64,000 nucleotides of DNA, taken from assembly GCA_002413705.1 (NCBI GenBank), contig DHXN01000011.1:162-64161 (forward strand), read 5' to 3'. Below the pieces are notes generated by a model that did no database searches, was not told the DNA's origin, and saw only the letters and a list, made by a program, of their open reading frames with translations. The stretch is from Candidatus Nomurabacteria bacterium UBA5155. Lineage in GTDB: Bacteria > Patescibacteriota > Minisyncoccia > Phycocordibacterales > UBA9973. Position numbers and translations under genes: made by a program. Positions 19,539-30,100 of the stretch are shown piece by piece. Positions within the stretch are counted from its first letter, which is position 1, and each line of letters begins with the position of its first letter.

Positions 19539-20468
19539 TTGATAGATCTCGAAGCATTAAAAAAGAATCACAAGACACAATTTCTCGCAGAACAATACGA
19601 GGGTCTTTTGAGGCAGGAAGTTGAAACCAATGCACTGGCTGAGAGTGATGAATCAATGAAAGAAATGGCGCAAGAAGAACTCCGTGTCATTGCAGTGCAA
19701 AAAAAAGCACTCGAAAATCAGTTTGTCTCCATTGAAGCATCTGAAAAAGAAGAGGAGGAATTTCCCAATGAAATTATTTTGGAAGCGCGTGCCGGTGCCG
19801 GTGGGGACGAAGCATTTCTTTTTGCACACCAGCTTGTCGATATGTACTGTCGGTTTGCCGAGCTGAAAGGTTGGCAATGGAAAATGACCGACGATCTCAG
19901 TATCGAAATCAAAGGCAAGGACGTGTATCGCTTACTTCGTTTTGAGACCGGTGTACATCGTGTACAGCGCGTGCCGGCGACAGAAAAAAATGGTCGTATT
20001 CACACATCAACTGCCTCAATCGCCATTCTGCCAATTAAAAAGAAAGTGAAATTCGTTATCAATCCCGTTGACTTGGACATGGAATATTCTCGCTCCGGTG
20101 GCGCTGGAGGACAGAATGTGAACAAAGTGGAAACAGCAGTGCGTTTGATCCACAAACCGACAGGTATCGATGTGCGCTCAACCAGTGAGCGCAGTCAGCT
20201 TGGTAACCGTGAAAAAGCGTTTGCCATTCTCACGGCCAAGTTGCAGCAAATGGAAGAAGAAAAAGAAGCCGCGCAATATGCCGGCAATCGCAAGAGTCAG
20301 ATCGGCACCGCCGATCGCAGTGAGAAGATCCGCACCTATAACTTTCCGCAAGATCGCGTCACTGACCATCGCATCAAACAGAACTTCTCAAACATCGAAG
20401 GTATTATGATCGGCAAGATTGATAAGCTTATTGAAGCACTCCAGAATGAGGAACTTGAGAATTATTGA
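19539..20468 (+). CDS. prfA: Peptide chain release factor 1 (short form)
   Basis: [11 protein letters not shown] (PxT), [13 protein letters not shown]; TTG start. Confidence 0.92.
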   Translation: MIDLEALKKNHKTQFLAEQYEGLLRQEVETNALAESDESMKEMAQEELRVIAVQKKALENQFVSIEASEKEEEEFPNEIILEARAGAGGDEAFLFAHQLVDMYCRFAELKGWQWKMTDDLSIEIKGKDVYRLLRFETGVHRVQRVPATEKNGRIHTSTASIAILPIKKKVKFVINPVDLDMEYSRSGGAGGQNVNKVETAVRLIHKPTGIDVRSTSERSQLGNREKAFAILTAKLQQMEEEKEAAQYAGNRKSQIGTADRSEKIRTYNFPQDRVTDHRIKQNFSNIEGIMIGKIDKLIEALQNEELENY

Positions 20469-20497
20469 AAATTTGGTATAGTAATCCAGCTACCCAC

Positions 20498-20569
20498 GCG
20501 TGCATAGTTCAGTGGTAGAACGCTGTCCTGATAAGACAGAGGTCCATGGTCCGATTCCATGTGCACGCA
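20498..20569 (+). tRNA. tRNA-Ile (GAU)
   Basis: Acceptor GCGTGCA/TGCACGC, D-arm TAGTTCAGTGGTAGAAC, anticodon arm CTGTC-CTGATAA-GACAG, T-arm CATGG-TCCGATT-CCATG; CCA not encoded. Confidence 0.93.
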
Positions 20570-20577
20570 CAAAAAAT

Positions 20578-21273
20578 ATGATACTGAACGTGGTTGCAAC
20601 TCCTATAGGAAACCTGGCAGATTGCTCTCCACGAGCGAAGGAGGTTTTAAGTGAGGCAACATTGGTCATCGCCGAAGATACCAGAACAACTGGTCAGCTT
20701 TTGAAACTCCTTGGTATTGAAGGCAAGAAACATTTTCTTTCTTCTCATGCGCAAAGCAGTGAGAGTGCTTTGCAGAAAGCATTGGAAGCATGCACTGAAC
20801 ATGAAGTCATCGCACTTGTTACCGATGCAGGCACTCCCGCCATTTCTGACCCTGGTTCATTTTTCATCAGCCACTTTCGCGCAATGTATCCGCAAGCGCT
20901 GGTAGTGCCGATACCGGGACCTTCAGCCGTCATTGCGGCACTGTCCGTGTCGGGTTTTCCATCCAGTCATTTTGAATTTCTCGGTTTCATTCCTCATAAG
21001 AAAGGTCGTCAGACACTCTTTCAGTCGCTGACCACAAAAGAACATACCGTTGTACTCTATGAGTCACCGCATCGTATTATGAAAACTTTGGAATCGTTGG
21101 CAGAGGTACTTGATGAAAGTCGCTTAGTCATGGTGGGCAGAGAAATGACCAAAACATTTGAGGAATATCCTGTTAATTCGGCCAAAAATTTGTTGACATA
21201 CTACACTGAACATAGTGACAAGGTACGCGGTGAATTTGTGATTGTTATTAGTCCGACTGGTCTGGTACAATAG
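20578..21273 (+). CDS. rsmI: 16S rRNA (cytidine1402-2'-O)-methyltransferase
   Basis: VATPIGNL, AEDTRT, DAGTPAISDPG, PIPGPSA, YESPHRI, REMTK. Confidence 0.95.
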   Translation: MILNVVATPIGNLADCSPRAKEVLSEATLVIAEDTRTTGQLLKLLGIEGKKHFLSSHAQSSESALQKALEACTEHEVIALVTDAGTPAISDPGSFFISHFRAMYPQALVVPIPGPSAVIAALSVSGFPSSHFEFLGFIPHKKGRQTLFQSLTTKEHTVVLYESPHRIMKTLESLAEVLDESRLVMVGREMTKTFEEYPVNSAKNLLTYYTEHSDKVRGEFVIVISPTGLVQ

Positions 21274-21277
21274 GGGA

Positions 21278-21472
21278 ATGATCGGCAAACTTCGACTTCT
21301 CTTTTGGCTGGGCATCGTGATGATGTTTTTACCATTTTTTGGTATTCCTAATACTTGGAAAACAGTTTTAGCGATATTGATCGGCATCGTGTTGATTGCA
21401 CTATCGTTTTCATTACGAGAGAAGCATCGTTTGTTGCGAACTATAATACGTAACCTGGAGCATCATGAATAG
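21278..21472 (+). CDS. Small two-TM membrane protein
   Basis: Two hydrophobic helices; TGGTACAAT-N6-ATG. Confidence 0.65.
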   Translation: MIGKLRLLFWLGIVMMFLPFFGIPNTWKTVLAILIGIVLIALSFSLREKHRLLRTIIRNLEHHE

Positions 21473-22721
21473 TCTTTATAAAAAGTTTCCACCGCATATT
21501 AAAACAGGCATCAATATTTTAGCGGGGCTTATTTTAGTCGGACTAGTGTTCCTCGGGGGTGTTTATATTGGATATGGCAATCGTCCTGCTTTTGCGAAAG
21601 TGACTGGTCTAGTTCATCCTACTGATTCCAGTGTTGCGAGTAACACTGACTTTTCTCCATTTTGGCAAGCGTGGCAAATTGTTACTCAGAATTTTGCTCC
21701 AGGTACCACTACTGGTGGTGTACAGACTGCCGTTCCCACTGATCAAAATCGTGTCTACGGTGCTATACAGGGCATGGTAGCGTCATTTGGCGATCCTTAT
21801 ACTACATTCTTCCCACCGTCTCAGAATACGCAATTTCAGGCTCAAATAGCTGGTTCGTTTAGCGGTATCGGTATTGAAATTGGAGAGAAAAACGGTGTGC
21901 TTACGGTTATCTCCCCATTGAAAGGAACACCGGCAGAAGTTGCTGGAGTGAGGTCAGGTGACCAGGTCATTAAAATTGATTCTACGGTCACTTCAAATAT
22001 CACCGTTGACCAAGCTGTGACAATGATTCAGGGTAAGGATGGCTCAACTGTCACACTGACATTGGCTCGACAAGGCGTCGCTACACCTATTGTGATGCCG
22101 ATTACGCGCGGAACTATTTCACTTCCAACTGTTGATACAGAGACTCGTCCGGGCGGAGTGTTTATCATTCATTTGTACACATTTTCCGCTAACTCCGTGA
22201 CCTTGTTCAAAGCAGCAATGGATACATATCTTGCTTCTGGTGATCATAAGTTACTACTGGATCTACGAGGCAATCCCGGTGGCTATCTTGATGCAGCTGT
22301 GCACATTGGCAGTGAATTTATTCCACAAGGAGAAACGATTGTAAAAGAAATCGGCAAGACTGCGGCTGACACAACATCATACAAAAGTACTGGACCAAAA
22401 ATATTTCCCGCAAATGACAAACTGATTATTCTGGCAGACCAGGGTTCAGCATCAGCGGCAGAAATTCTGGCTGGCGCATTGAGTGAACAGAATATTGGCA
22501 CACTGGTTGGTCAGCAGACATTTGGCAAGGGATCGGTGCAACAAGTCATTCCTCTGACTGGTGACACTTCATTGAAAGTGACTGTAGCCCACTGGTACAC
22601 ACCAAATGGTATTTCTATCTCTGCCAAAGGTCTGACACCGAAGATTTTGATTCCGTTTGTTAGTACCGATAAGACTGACACACAGCTTCAAAAGGCAATT
22701 GATTTATTTAACACGCTATAA
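21465..22721 (+). CDS. S41 carboxyl-terminal protease (CtpA/Prc-like)
   Basis: GDPYT, PDZ (FSGIGIEI), LDLRGNPGG, SASAAEI, TFGKGSVQ. Confidence 0.93.
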   Translation: MNSLYKKFPPHIKTGINILAGLILVGLVFLGGVYIGYGNRPAFAKVTGLVHPTDSSVASNTDFSPFWQAWQIVTQNFAPGTTTGGVQTAVPTDQNRVYGAIQGMVASFGDPYTTFFPPSQNTQFQAQIAGSFSGIGIEIGEKNGVLTVISPLKGTPAEVAGVRSGDQVIKIDSTVTSNITVDQAVTMIQGKDGSTVTLTLARQGVATPIVMPITRGTISLPTVDTETRPGGVFIIHLYTFSANSVTLFKAAMDTYLASGDHKLLLDLRGNPGGYLDAAVHIGSEFIPQGETIVKEIGKTAADTTSYKSTGPKIFPANDKLIILADQGSASAAEILAGALSEQNIGTLVGQQTFGKGSVQQVIPLTGDTSLKVTVAHWYTPNGISISAKGLTPKILIPFVSTDKTDTQLQKAIDLFNTL

Positions 22722-22727
22722 AAATAT

Positions 22728-23165
22728 ATGAAAGTCATACTATTAAAAACTGTTCCGAAAGTTGGTAAAAAAGACGATATTGTGACCGTACCAGATGGCT
22801 ACGCCCACAATGCGTTGTTTCCAAAAAAACTGGCGATACAAGCCACTGATCAAGCTATTGCTGCATTACAACGCACTCAGCAAAACAAGATTACTGAAAA
22901 AAATATTCAGCACGAACTATTGGACAAAGCTATTGAAAGTCTGGAAGGGAAGACACTGATCTACACTGCCAAGAAAAATGACAAAGGAAGTCTGTTCTCA
23001 AAAATTACTGAACAAGATATTAGCAAGGCACTGATGAGCCAACACCGTATTGCTATTGATGCTAAGCTGATGACGATTGGTGTCAGTATTAAACAAGTCG
23101 GTGACTACACTGTGACGGTAAAAGACGGGGAGTACACTTCTTCATTTGTTGTTTCAGTACAATAA
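22728..23165 (+). CDS. rplI: 50S ribosomal protein L9
   Basis: MKVILLKTVPKVGKKDDIVTVPDGYAHNALFP. Confidence 0.92.
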   Translation: MKVILLKTVPKVGKKDDIVTVPDGYAHNALFPKKLAIQATDQAIAALQRTQQNKITEKNIQHELLDKAIESLEGKTLIYTAKKNDKGSLFSKITEQDISKALMSQHRIAIDAKLMTIGVSIKQVGDYTVTVKDGEYTSSFVVSVQ

Positions 23166-23191
23166 AAAAACTCCCATATGGGAGTTTTTTT
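23164..23191. terminator. Bidirectional terminator
   Basis: AAAAAAACTCCCATATGGGAGTTTTTTT between rplI and rpmA. Confidence 0.85.
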
Positions 23192-23192
23192 A

Positions 23193-23477
23193 CTATGCTC
23201 GCGCGTCGAGAATATTTACCATTTTACGAACGGTAGTAGTACCATCGAAGTTAAGCTTACGCTTTTGAGTGAATTTCACAAATCCGGGCTTCAATGCGTA
23301 CAGAGTGTGGTCTCTACCAATACCCACTGCTTTTCCAGCAAGGATCTTAGTACCGCGCTGACGCACGATGATAGAACCAGCAATCGCTGTCTGTCCGTCG
23401 TAAAGCTTGGTACCAAGATATTTTGGCTGTGAATCTGTTAGGTTTTTTGCTGCTCCTTGAGCTTTCTTATGTGCCAT
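23193..23477 (-). CDS. rpmA: 50S ribosomal protein L27
   Basis: [27 protein letters not shown]. Confidence 0.95.
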   Translation of the reverse strand: MAHKKAQGAAKNLTDSQPKYLGTKLYDGQTAIAGSIIVRQRGTKILAGKAVGIGRDHTLYALKPGFVKFTQKRKLNFDGTTTVRKMVNILDARA

Positions 23478-23533
23478 AGTGAGACTATGATAGCTCAAAT
23501 GGCTTTATGTGTCAATTAAGGTATACTGATGCA

Positions 23534-23896
23534 ATGCAGGCCTTTATCGCCCGACATCATCAGATTCTTTTTGGCGTAGCAATCACTTGTGCAGTGATTG
23601 CAGCCTTTTGCACAGGTTTCCTGGAAGGGAAGCATGCTTCGACTACAGCACCTGTTACTCTTGCCTGTTCAAGCAACATTTTAGATAAACTGTCAATACC
23701 TGTACAAGCCTTGGCAAATGGGGTAGTGGCGCATGCATCGAGTGTCCCACAAGGCATGTATGTCGGTTCCAAAAACAGTACCAAATATTATCTGCCGACA
23801 TGCAAAGCAGTGAAGCGTATCAAGCCAGCTAACTATCAATGGTTTGATAGTGCAGAGGATGCCCAGATCCAGGGCTATACCCCAGGAAAATGTTAA
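23534..23896 (+). CDS. Membrane-anchored protein with Ada-like metal-binding domain
   Basis: N-terminal TM; YVGSKNSTKYYLPTC...AQIQGYTP; TATACT-N6-ATG. Confidence 0.7.
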   Translation: MQAFIARHHQILFGVAITCAVIAAFCTGFLEGKHASTTAPVTLACSSNILDKLSIPVQALANGVVAHASSVPQGMYVGSKNSTKYYLPTCKAVKRIKPANYQWFDSAEDAQIQGYTPGKC

Positions 23897-24816
23897 AATC
23901 AATTTTATCGCTATCTATAATGGCCGCGTTTGGATTGTTAGTCTTTGCGCTGGTACTTCCTACACAAGCCAATCAAGCAGCACAGACAGTGCTGGGAGAA
24001 ACAACGACAATCAATAGAGTAGCGGGTGTGAGTATTCCCGTGAATACTATTTCTCGTGCAATTTCATCGCTATTGCCAAATACAAAAAGTTCACAGGGAA
24101 CGACCCCTGTCACTGTTCCAAAAGATACCTCACCGCTATCGATAGAAAATATTATTGATGCCACCAATGCCGAACGTATCAAAGCAGGGTTGCCGCCACT
24201 AAAGACCAGTGTCAAACTTGAACAGTCAGCAAAAATAAAAACTGAAGATATGATTACTAATCAATACTTCGAACATACTTCGCCAACAGGTAAAACTGTT
24301 GCGGATTTGGGCAATGAAGTGGGGTATGACTATGTGGTAATGGGAGAAAATTTAGCGCTCGGTGATTTCACCAGCGCAGCTGATCTATTGCAAGCGTGGA
24401 TGAACAGTCCCGGTCATCGCGCAAATATTTTAAATACTTCGTACCAAGATATTGGTGTGTATGCGACACAAGGTACATACCAAGGTCGCACTGTTTGGTT
24501 TGCTGTTCAACATTTTGGCACTGAGCGGGGAGTCTGCCCTAGCATCGATAGCTCTTTGAAGAGTTCTATCGACAGTCTCAATGCGACTATCAAAAAAGAA
24601 GAGTCTGATATTAGTGCATTGCGTACGCAGATTGAGGATCCGAATCATCCGGACAATCAAAATTATGCCAATTTAATTTCACAATTTAATTCGCTTGTTG
24701 CAACATATAATGTAAACGTGACGACTTCTCAGCAAGAAATTTCTCAGTATAACAAAGAGGTGATTGCTTTCAATAAATGCCTCGGTCAGTATCAGGTTAC
24801 TCCTGTAAAAGAATAG
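23890..24816 (+). CDS. CAP/SCP domain protein
   Basis: TNAERIKAGL, YFEHTSP, GENLA, WMNSPGHRANIL. Confidence 0.9.
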   Translation: MLKSILSLSIMAAFGLLVFALVLPTQANQAAQTVLGETTTINRVAGVSIPVNTISRAISSLLPNTKSSQGTTPVTVPKDTSPLSIENIIDATNAERIKAGLPPLKTSVKLEQSAKIKTEDMITNQYFEHTSPTGKTVADLGNEVGYDYVVMGENLALGDFTSAADLLQAWMNSPGHRANILNTSYQDIGVYATQGTYQGRTVWFAVQHFGTERGVCPSIDSSLKSSIDSLNATIKKEESDISALRTQIEDPNHPDNQNYANLISQFNSLVATYNVNVTTSQQEISQYNKEVIAFNKCLGQYQVTPVKE

Positions 24817-24950
24817 GGGGTCTTCGAAATTATGTTAACGTCGTACAATATATCTTTTAAGACGTTAGATATGAAAATTAGCCTTTATATAGAAAATGTT
24901 GTAATTTATATCTAAATACTGATCATAACTTACCTTAAAAAAGAAATACC

Positions 24951-25598
24951 ATGGAAGAATCTATTATTTTCTCCGAAGCTTGGAGATATTTTCTCAGCAT
25001 CATTGCGAGTGTAATACTTATTGCAGGAGCCGCACGATACATTCGATCGATTGCAAAAAGAGTCGTGATTACCCGTCCCTTGGCTTGGTGCAGTATCACA
25101 TTACTCATGGCTGCTACATTGTACACTCAATTGATGATGATAGGATTTCAACCAAGTCTTATTGTATTGGCATCCTATGTGGCAGCCTGCGCAATGATCT
25201 GCTTGGTTTCTTTTTTTCAAAAAAGATATGATGACCACGCCAAACCACTAGAATGGATTTTTCTGTTGTGGAGTGTGATTGCAGTCTGCATTTATATCGT
25301 AACGAAAGATGTCTACGCCATCATGTGGTGCGCACTGTGCGGACATGTGTTCATTAGTGTTATAACATTTTTCAATGGTAGTAGCGCTACTCTGCTATCT
25401 CAATGTTCGAGTATGTGGTGCTGCACAATGATCGCGCAATGTCTTGTAATTTTTACCTGCATAGACCAAAATTATTTGTATGCAATAGTGCCAGCATATC
25501 TCTTGTTGTTCAATGCGATAATGACAGTGACAACATCGAGAAAAATTCTTCATAAGTGGCGAATCAAACTCATTCGTAAACCAAAATGCCAAACATAA
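24951..25598 (+). CDS. Hypothetical multi-pass membrane protein (Cys-rich)
   Basis: About 7 hydrophobic segments; AT-rich upstream region; followed by terminator. Confidence 0.6.
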   Translation: MEESIIFSEAWRYFLSIIASVILIAGAARYIRSIAKRVVITRPLAWCSITLLMAATLYTQLMMIGFQPSLIVLASYVAACAMICLVSFFQKRYDDHAKPLEWIFLLWSVIAVCIYIVTKDVYAIMWCALCGHVFISVITFFNGSSATLLSQCSSMWCCTMIAQCLVIFTCIDQNYLYAIVPAYLLLFNAIMTVTTSRKILHKWRIKLIRKPKCQT

Positions 25599-25611
25599 CG
25601 TTTGGCATTTT
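25583..25611. terminator. Bidirectional terminator
   Basis: AAAATGCCAAAC-ATAAC-GTTTGGCATTTT. Confidence 0.75.
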
Positions 25612-25989
25612 TTATTTATCTAACAGTTCCAGAATTTTATCGAGCTTTTGGTTTTCTATCACATCCAAACGTTTGATAATATCCTCAATCTTTTTTTCAG
25701 ACTCCACATTTGTCTCGTAGTCTGCATCAGCACGCAGCTCCGAGTGGCGACTTTGCAGGTTTTGACCCACCATAATAATAGATAGCAGAACGAGTTGCAA
25801 GAATGTTTGTGCTGTCCAAGAAACAATTGTTGCAGTTCCACCGGCTATTGCTTGCGGCAAACTGATCAATGCCAAAATGGTGAATGCAATTGCGCACCAC
25901 ATAGTGCCAACAATGCTGGTGATAAATACTGCGGCTTTGTCGAGCGGACTAAGATTTTCTTTGTGTTCTTTGTTGATGTTGCGAACCAT
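25612..25989 (-). CDS. DUF1003 family membrane protein
   Basis: VGTMW, LQLVLLSIIMVGQNLQ, ADADYETN. Confidence 0.8.
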   Translation of the reverse strand: MVRNINKEHKENLSPLDKAAVFITSIVGTMWCAIAFTILALISLPQAIAGGTATIVSWTAQTFLQLVLLSIIMVGQNLQSRHSELRADADYETNVESEKKIEDIIKRLDVIENQKLDKILELLDK

Positions 25990-25992
25990 ATG

Positions 25993-26697
25993 TTACTCGT
26001 GTGCCATTACTTCTGCGCGCTCTGATTCGATCGCGTGCAATATGCGCTCGGCGACGTATTCTGCACTATCTGCTTCAGGCATGTCCTCTCGATTAAACGG
26101 AGCTACTCCCCCTACTTTAATAGAGTTTTTGCTAAATCCCGTGTCAGTCAAACCTGGGTGCATGACATTGACGATGATATTATCTTTTTCTAGTTCTGCT
26201 CGGGCGGTAAGACTGAGACAATTTAATGCATATTTTGTGGAAGCATAGGCGCCAAGATTGGGAAAATAATTTTTTGACACTAGTGAACTAATATTTAAAA
26301 TGTGTCCGCTTCCCTGCTCGCGCATAATGGGAATTACCCGTTGCATCGCAATTAACGGGCCGATGATATTCAGATCAATTATTTTCTGGTATTCATGAAT
26401 GGCGACATGTTCAATCGGAGCATACAGTCCTTTACCGGCATTGTTTACCAATACATCAATTCTACCAAAATGTTCTTTCACTTTGTGAATCATTTCTTTA
26501 ACATCAGTTTCCTTTGCCATATCAGTCGGCACTGCAAATGATCCTGGGATTTCATTTACCAATGTTTCTAATACCTCAACTGATCGTGCCGCCAGTGCTA
26601 CCTTTGCGCCGTGTTGTGCCAGTAATCGCGCAGTTGCCAGACCGATCCCGCCGGTCGCTCCAGTAATAATGATCACTTTTCCGTCTACTTTTTTCAT
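25993..26697 (-). CDS. Short-chain dehydrogenase/reductase
   Basis: TGATGGIG, NNAG, YASTK; TATACT-N6-ATG. Confidence 0.92.
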   Translation of the reverse strand: MKKVDGKVIIITGATGGIGLATARLLAQHGAKVALAARSVEVLETLVNEIPGSFAVPTDMAKETDVKEMIHKVKEHFGRIDVLVNNAGKGLYAPIEHVAIHEYQKIIDLNIIGPLIAMQRVIPIMREQGSGHILNISSLVSKNYFPNLGAYASTKYALNCLSLTARAELEKDNIIVNVMHPGLTDTGFSKNSIKVGGVAPFNREDMPEADSAEYVAERILHAIESERAEVMAHE

Positions 26698-26748
26698 ATG
26701 TATAGTATACCGCAACAGTACTGCTTTGATCTACTCGGTTAGGCTTTT

Positions 26749-27996
26749 TTATGCATTACTTCCTGCCACGAAACCTGTTGTCCAACAGAGTTGTAGGGAG
26801 AACCCGCCGGAAGGGCGCGTGATGTGAAGGAGATCGCCGGTGATGTAGAGGTTAGAGTAGAGTTTGGAACGCATAGTTTTCATGTCCATTTCGGTCAGAG
26901 GGATGCCGCCGTCTGCCACTACTGCTCGGTCAAAACCCATGAGTCCAGTGATAGTCATTGGCAATGTCTTTAGAGTATCAACTATGAGCTTGCGCTGTTC
27001 CTTTGTCACGCTGTGCACTTTTGTTTCTGGATCAACGGTAGGTAGTAATGAAAAGACTGCTTCGATCATGCCATGTGGCACGATGTCATCCATGATATTT
27101 TTTAAAAGCTTGTTCTTGTTATTTTCAAATACTGAAAGAATTTTTTGCTCCAATGCCGCGTGATCTGTATCTGGATAGGCATCGATGACTGCTGTTACTC
27201 TCCCTTCCTGCAGCAAGTCTCCCACCATGACTGCAGAATTTAAAATCAACGGGCCTGACAGTCCAAAGTGTGTGAAGAGCAGCTTGCCTGTCTTTGAGAA
27301 TTTCTTTTTTCCTTCCACGGAGAATGTAATTTTCATAAATGTCAGCGACGTACCCGACAATGATTTCACCCATGATTCTTTCACTGCCAACGGTACGATG
27401 CTTGGCGTCGGTGCAGTCACACTGTGCCCTAGAGCTTTGAGCCAATTGAAGCCATCACCTGTAGAGCCGGTTTCTGCATGTGACACGCCGCCTGTAGCCA
27501 GAATGTAGGTTTTGGCAGTAAGCGTTTCCTCGCCTGCTATCACTCCTTGTATAGCGCCATCTGACGCTAGTATCCGCTCCACTGGACTGCTAGTCTTCAC
27601 CGTGACATTTCCCTCTTTCATATATTGCTCTAGTGTATTGAATACATCGATAGATTTTTCCGTATGAGGAAATGCGCGCTTGCGAGCTTGCACCACCAGT
27701 GGCAATCCTCTTTTTTCAAAAAATTCAAACGTGGTCTTGTTGCTAAATTGCGCGAACACCGAATATAAGAATTGCTCGGCTTTGCCATAGTGTTTTAGAA
27801 ACAATCTTGTGTCTTCCTCAGCGTTTGTGATATTACATCGCCCGCCACCACTGATCTTCAATTTTTCCCCAAGCTTTTTATTCTTTTCTAGCAATAATAC
27901 TTTTTTACCGCACTCCGCTGCACGTCCTGCTGCCATAATGCCTGCAGGACCTCCTCCTACCACAATGACATCATATTGTTGTGTCGTCGTAGTCAT
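26749..27996 (-). CDS. HI0933/YhiN family flavoprotein
   Basis: GGGPAG, ISGGGRCNITN, LFTHFGLSGP, GGFSLQ. Confidence 0.92.
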   Translation of the reverse strand: MTTTTQQYDVIVVGGGPAGIMAAGRAAECGKKVLLLEKNKKLGEKLKISGGGRCNITNAEEDTRLFLKHYGKAEQFLYSVFAQFSNKTTFEFFEKRGLPLVVQARKRAFPHTEKSIDVFNTLEQYMKEGNVTVKTSSPVERILASDGAIQGVIAGEETLTAKTYILATGGVSHAETGSTGDGFNWLKALGHSVTAPTPSIVPLAVKESWVKSLSGTSLTFMKITFSVEGKKKFSKTGKLLFTHFGLSGPLILNSAVMVGDLLQEGRVTAVIDAYPDTDHAALEQKILSVFENNKNKLLKNIMDDIVPHGMIEAVFSLLPTVDPETKVHSVTKEQRKLIVDTLKTLPMTITGLMGFDRAVVADGGIPLTEMDMKTMRSKLYSNLYITGDLLHITRPSGGFSLQLCWTTGFVAGSNA

Positions 27997-27997
27997 A

Positions 27998-29467
27998 TTA
28001 CTTATCCAAATCTAATACTTCATCAATGCGAATCTGATGCACGAATTCCGGTACATGAGATACCACAATCATGGCACCAGCAAATGTACTCAAGGCTTTG
28101 GCAATGATCGGTAAATGGCGAAAATTGATATGGTTTGTAGGTTCATCAAGAATAAGCAATCCTGGTTCCATCAATACCAATGTTGCAAATGCCACCAATC
28201 CTTTTTGTCCTTCTGAAAGACTGCCAACTTTGGTATTGATAATATCTGAAGTGATAAGAAATGTTGATGCGGTGGAACGAATACGTTCTTCATTGGGACG
28301 CAAGCCAGACGATGCCATAGCTTTTTTCAATGATTCGTATGCAGTATCATTGAAATCGAGTGTTGAGAAATCTTGTCGATAATATCCCACGCGCACATTT
28401 TTACCGATCACTGATCCCTTGGCAGTGCCATTGGCAATAGATTCAAGCAATGTGCTTTTGCCGATACCGTTTGGTCCGCGAAGCAGAAGGTGTTGATTTT
28501 TCTTCAATGAGATAGCAGCTTTGCGTTCCGTGACTTTATGATTTTTTAAGACGGTAAACGAAGTGATGTTGATAATTTCTCCAATGGTGTCGTGTTGGGC
28601 AGGAATGGTAAACGGACGAATAGTCTTGTCTTCTTTTCGAACATCAACAATATCCTCTTCAAGTTCTTCAGCTTTCTCGCGCATGCGTTTAGCCACCAAA
28701 CGCATTTGGCCACCTTTATAAGCGAACTGATTAGCTTTCTCTTTCTTGGCTTGAATTTCTTTTGCCAACATAGCATTTTTCATGTTTTCTCTTTCGATAC
28801 GCACTGAGATATCGCGCACTACATCGGTATAGTTACCGACATATTGTTCAATCTTGCGAGTGAAGATATCTAAGTATAAGACACCTTCAGTGAAGGCATT
28901 CAGGAATGCCGCATCATGAGAAATAACCAGAACAGTTTTTTTATAATCAATCAAAAACTTTGTCAGGTGTTCAATGCCGGCAGTATCCAAATTGTTTGTT
29001 GGCTCATCGAGTAATAATAGGTCAGGATCTTGAATCAACGCAGATGCTAGCAGTAGGCGCGCTTGCTGTCCGCCAGAAAAACTTTTGATAATTTTTTCAT
29101 GAACATGTTTGACGTTGAGATTGACCGCTTCCAACACTGCATCAATGCGCGGGTCAATATCATACATCTTTTCTTTGAATTGTGATTCGAAATATTCTCG
29201 TACCGTCAGTTCCATCTGTTCACGAGCGATGACCTGGCGTGCAGTGGCTACTGTGGTGCCTTTGACGATATTGATACTACCTTCTTCTGGTTTGAAGACC
29301 CCAGTTAGCAGATTGAAAATAGTACTTTTGCCGGCACCATTTTGCCCCATCAGTGTTAGCTTTGCACCTTTACGAATTGAAAAAGACACCTCTTCCAAGA
29401 TGGGTTTTGTGGCACTATATTCAAATGATACGGCATCAAAGCGTACGATTGCTTCCCCTTTTGACAT
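27998..29467 (-). CDS. ABC-F family ATPase
   Basis: Two NBDs (GQNGAGKS, GPNGIGKS; LDEPTN twice), no TM domain. Confidence 0.9.
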   Translation of the reverse strand: MSKGEAIVRFDAVSFEYSATKPILEEVSFSIRKGAKLTLMGQNGAGKSTIFNLLTGVFKPEEGSINIVKGTTVATARQVIAREQMELTVREYFESQFKEKMYDIDPRIDAVLEAVNLNVKHVHEKIIKSFSGGQQARLLLASALIQDPDLLLLDEPTNNLDTAGIEHLTKFLIDYKKTVLVISHDAAFLNAFTEGVLYLDIFTRKIEQYVGNYTDVVRDISVRIERENMKNAMLAKEIQAKKEKANQFAYKGGQMRLVAKRMREKAEELEEDIVDVRKEDKTIRPFTIPAQHDTIGEIINITSFTVLKNHKVTERKAAISLKKNQHLLLRGPNGIGKSTLLESIANGTAKGSVIGKNVRVGYYRQDFSTLDFNDTAYESLKKAMASSGLRPNEERIRSTASTFLITSDIINTKVGSLSEGQKGLVAFATLVLMEPGLLILDEPTNHINFRHLPIIAKALSTFAGAMIVVSHVPEFVHQIRIDEVLDLDK

Positions 29468-29520
29468 ATACAATAAAAGTGTTATGAGTATAACACAGAT
29501 ATCATATATATAAAGGAGAT

Positions 29521-30084
29521 TTAGTATTTTCTCATCACACTGCGGACAACTGCAACAATCGTGAGTTCGTATTCAGGATGAATAGGTTTGTAGTGTTTGT
29601 TCGCTGGCTCAAGCCAAAGTTTATTATTTTTACTCCGCAAGAATTTCATTGTGAATTCTCCGTCCACTTGAGCAATGACAATATCGCCATCTTTGGCGGT
29701 ATTGGTTCGTTCTGCAATGACAATATCGCCATCAGCAATATGAGCTTCGATCATGGAGTCGCCGTCCACTTCAAAAAGATAGGTACTGGCTTTTTTTGGT
29801 ACGAGATATTCTTCAATATTGAGTGTGTCGGTCAACATTTCGCCAGGAGATGGTAGTCCGGCTTTAATAAAACCAACCATTGGTATGTCGTTGAAACCAT
29901 CGCTGGGAATAAGTTTTCCCAGTTTGTCTTTGGTCACTATGCCCGCTGCAATGAGTTTGGTTACTACGCGATACACAGCATTCTTGGATTTGAAACCAAA
30001 AATAGTCATCATCTCAGTGTAGGTCGGCATGCGTCGTTTTGATTGATAGAATGAGAGAAGTTTTTCTTTGTAATCTGGAGTCAT
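29521..30084 (-). CDS. lexA: LexA repressor (S24 peptidase with HTH)
   Basis: MPTYTEM..FGFKSKNAV HTH, AG cleavage site (IKAGLP), GDSM, FTMK. Confidence 0.85.
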   Translation of the reverse strand: MTPDYKEKLLSFYQSKRRMPTYTEMMTIFGFKSKNAVYRVVTKLIAAGIVTKDKLGKLIPSDGFNDIPMVGFIKAGLPSPGEMLTDTLNIEEYLVPKKASTYLFEVDGDSMIEAHIADGDIVIAERTNTAKDGDIVIAQVDGEFTMKFLRSKNNKLWLEPANKHYKPIHPEYELTIVAVVRSVMRKY

Positions 30085-30100
30085 ATGTTAGAAATGGATA

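Noticed and set aside
20500-20577. N-terminal extension of rsmI in the ORF track
   Set aside because: It is a translation of the tRNA-Ile gene; the real start is ATG 20578.
24836-24867. Inverted repeat TAACGTC-N18-GACGTTA
   Set aside because: Short arms, long spacer, single occurrence; could be chance.
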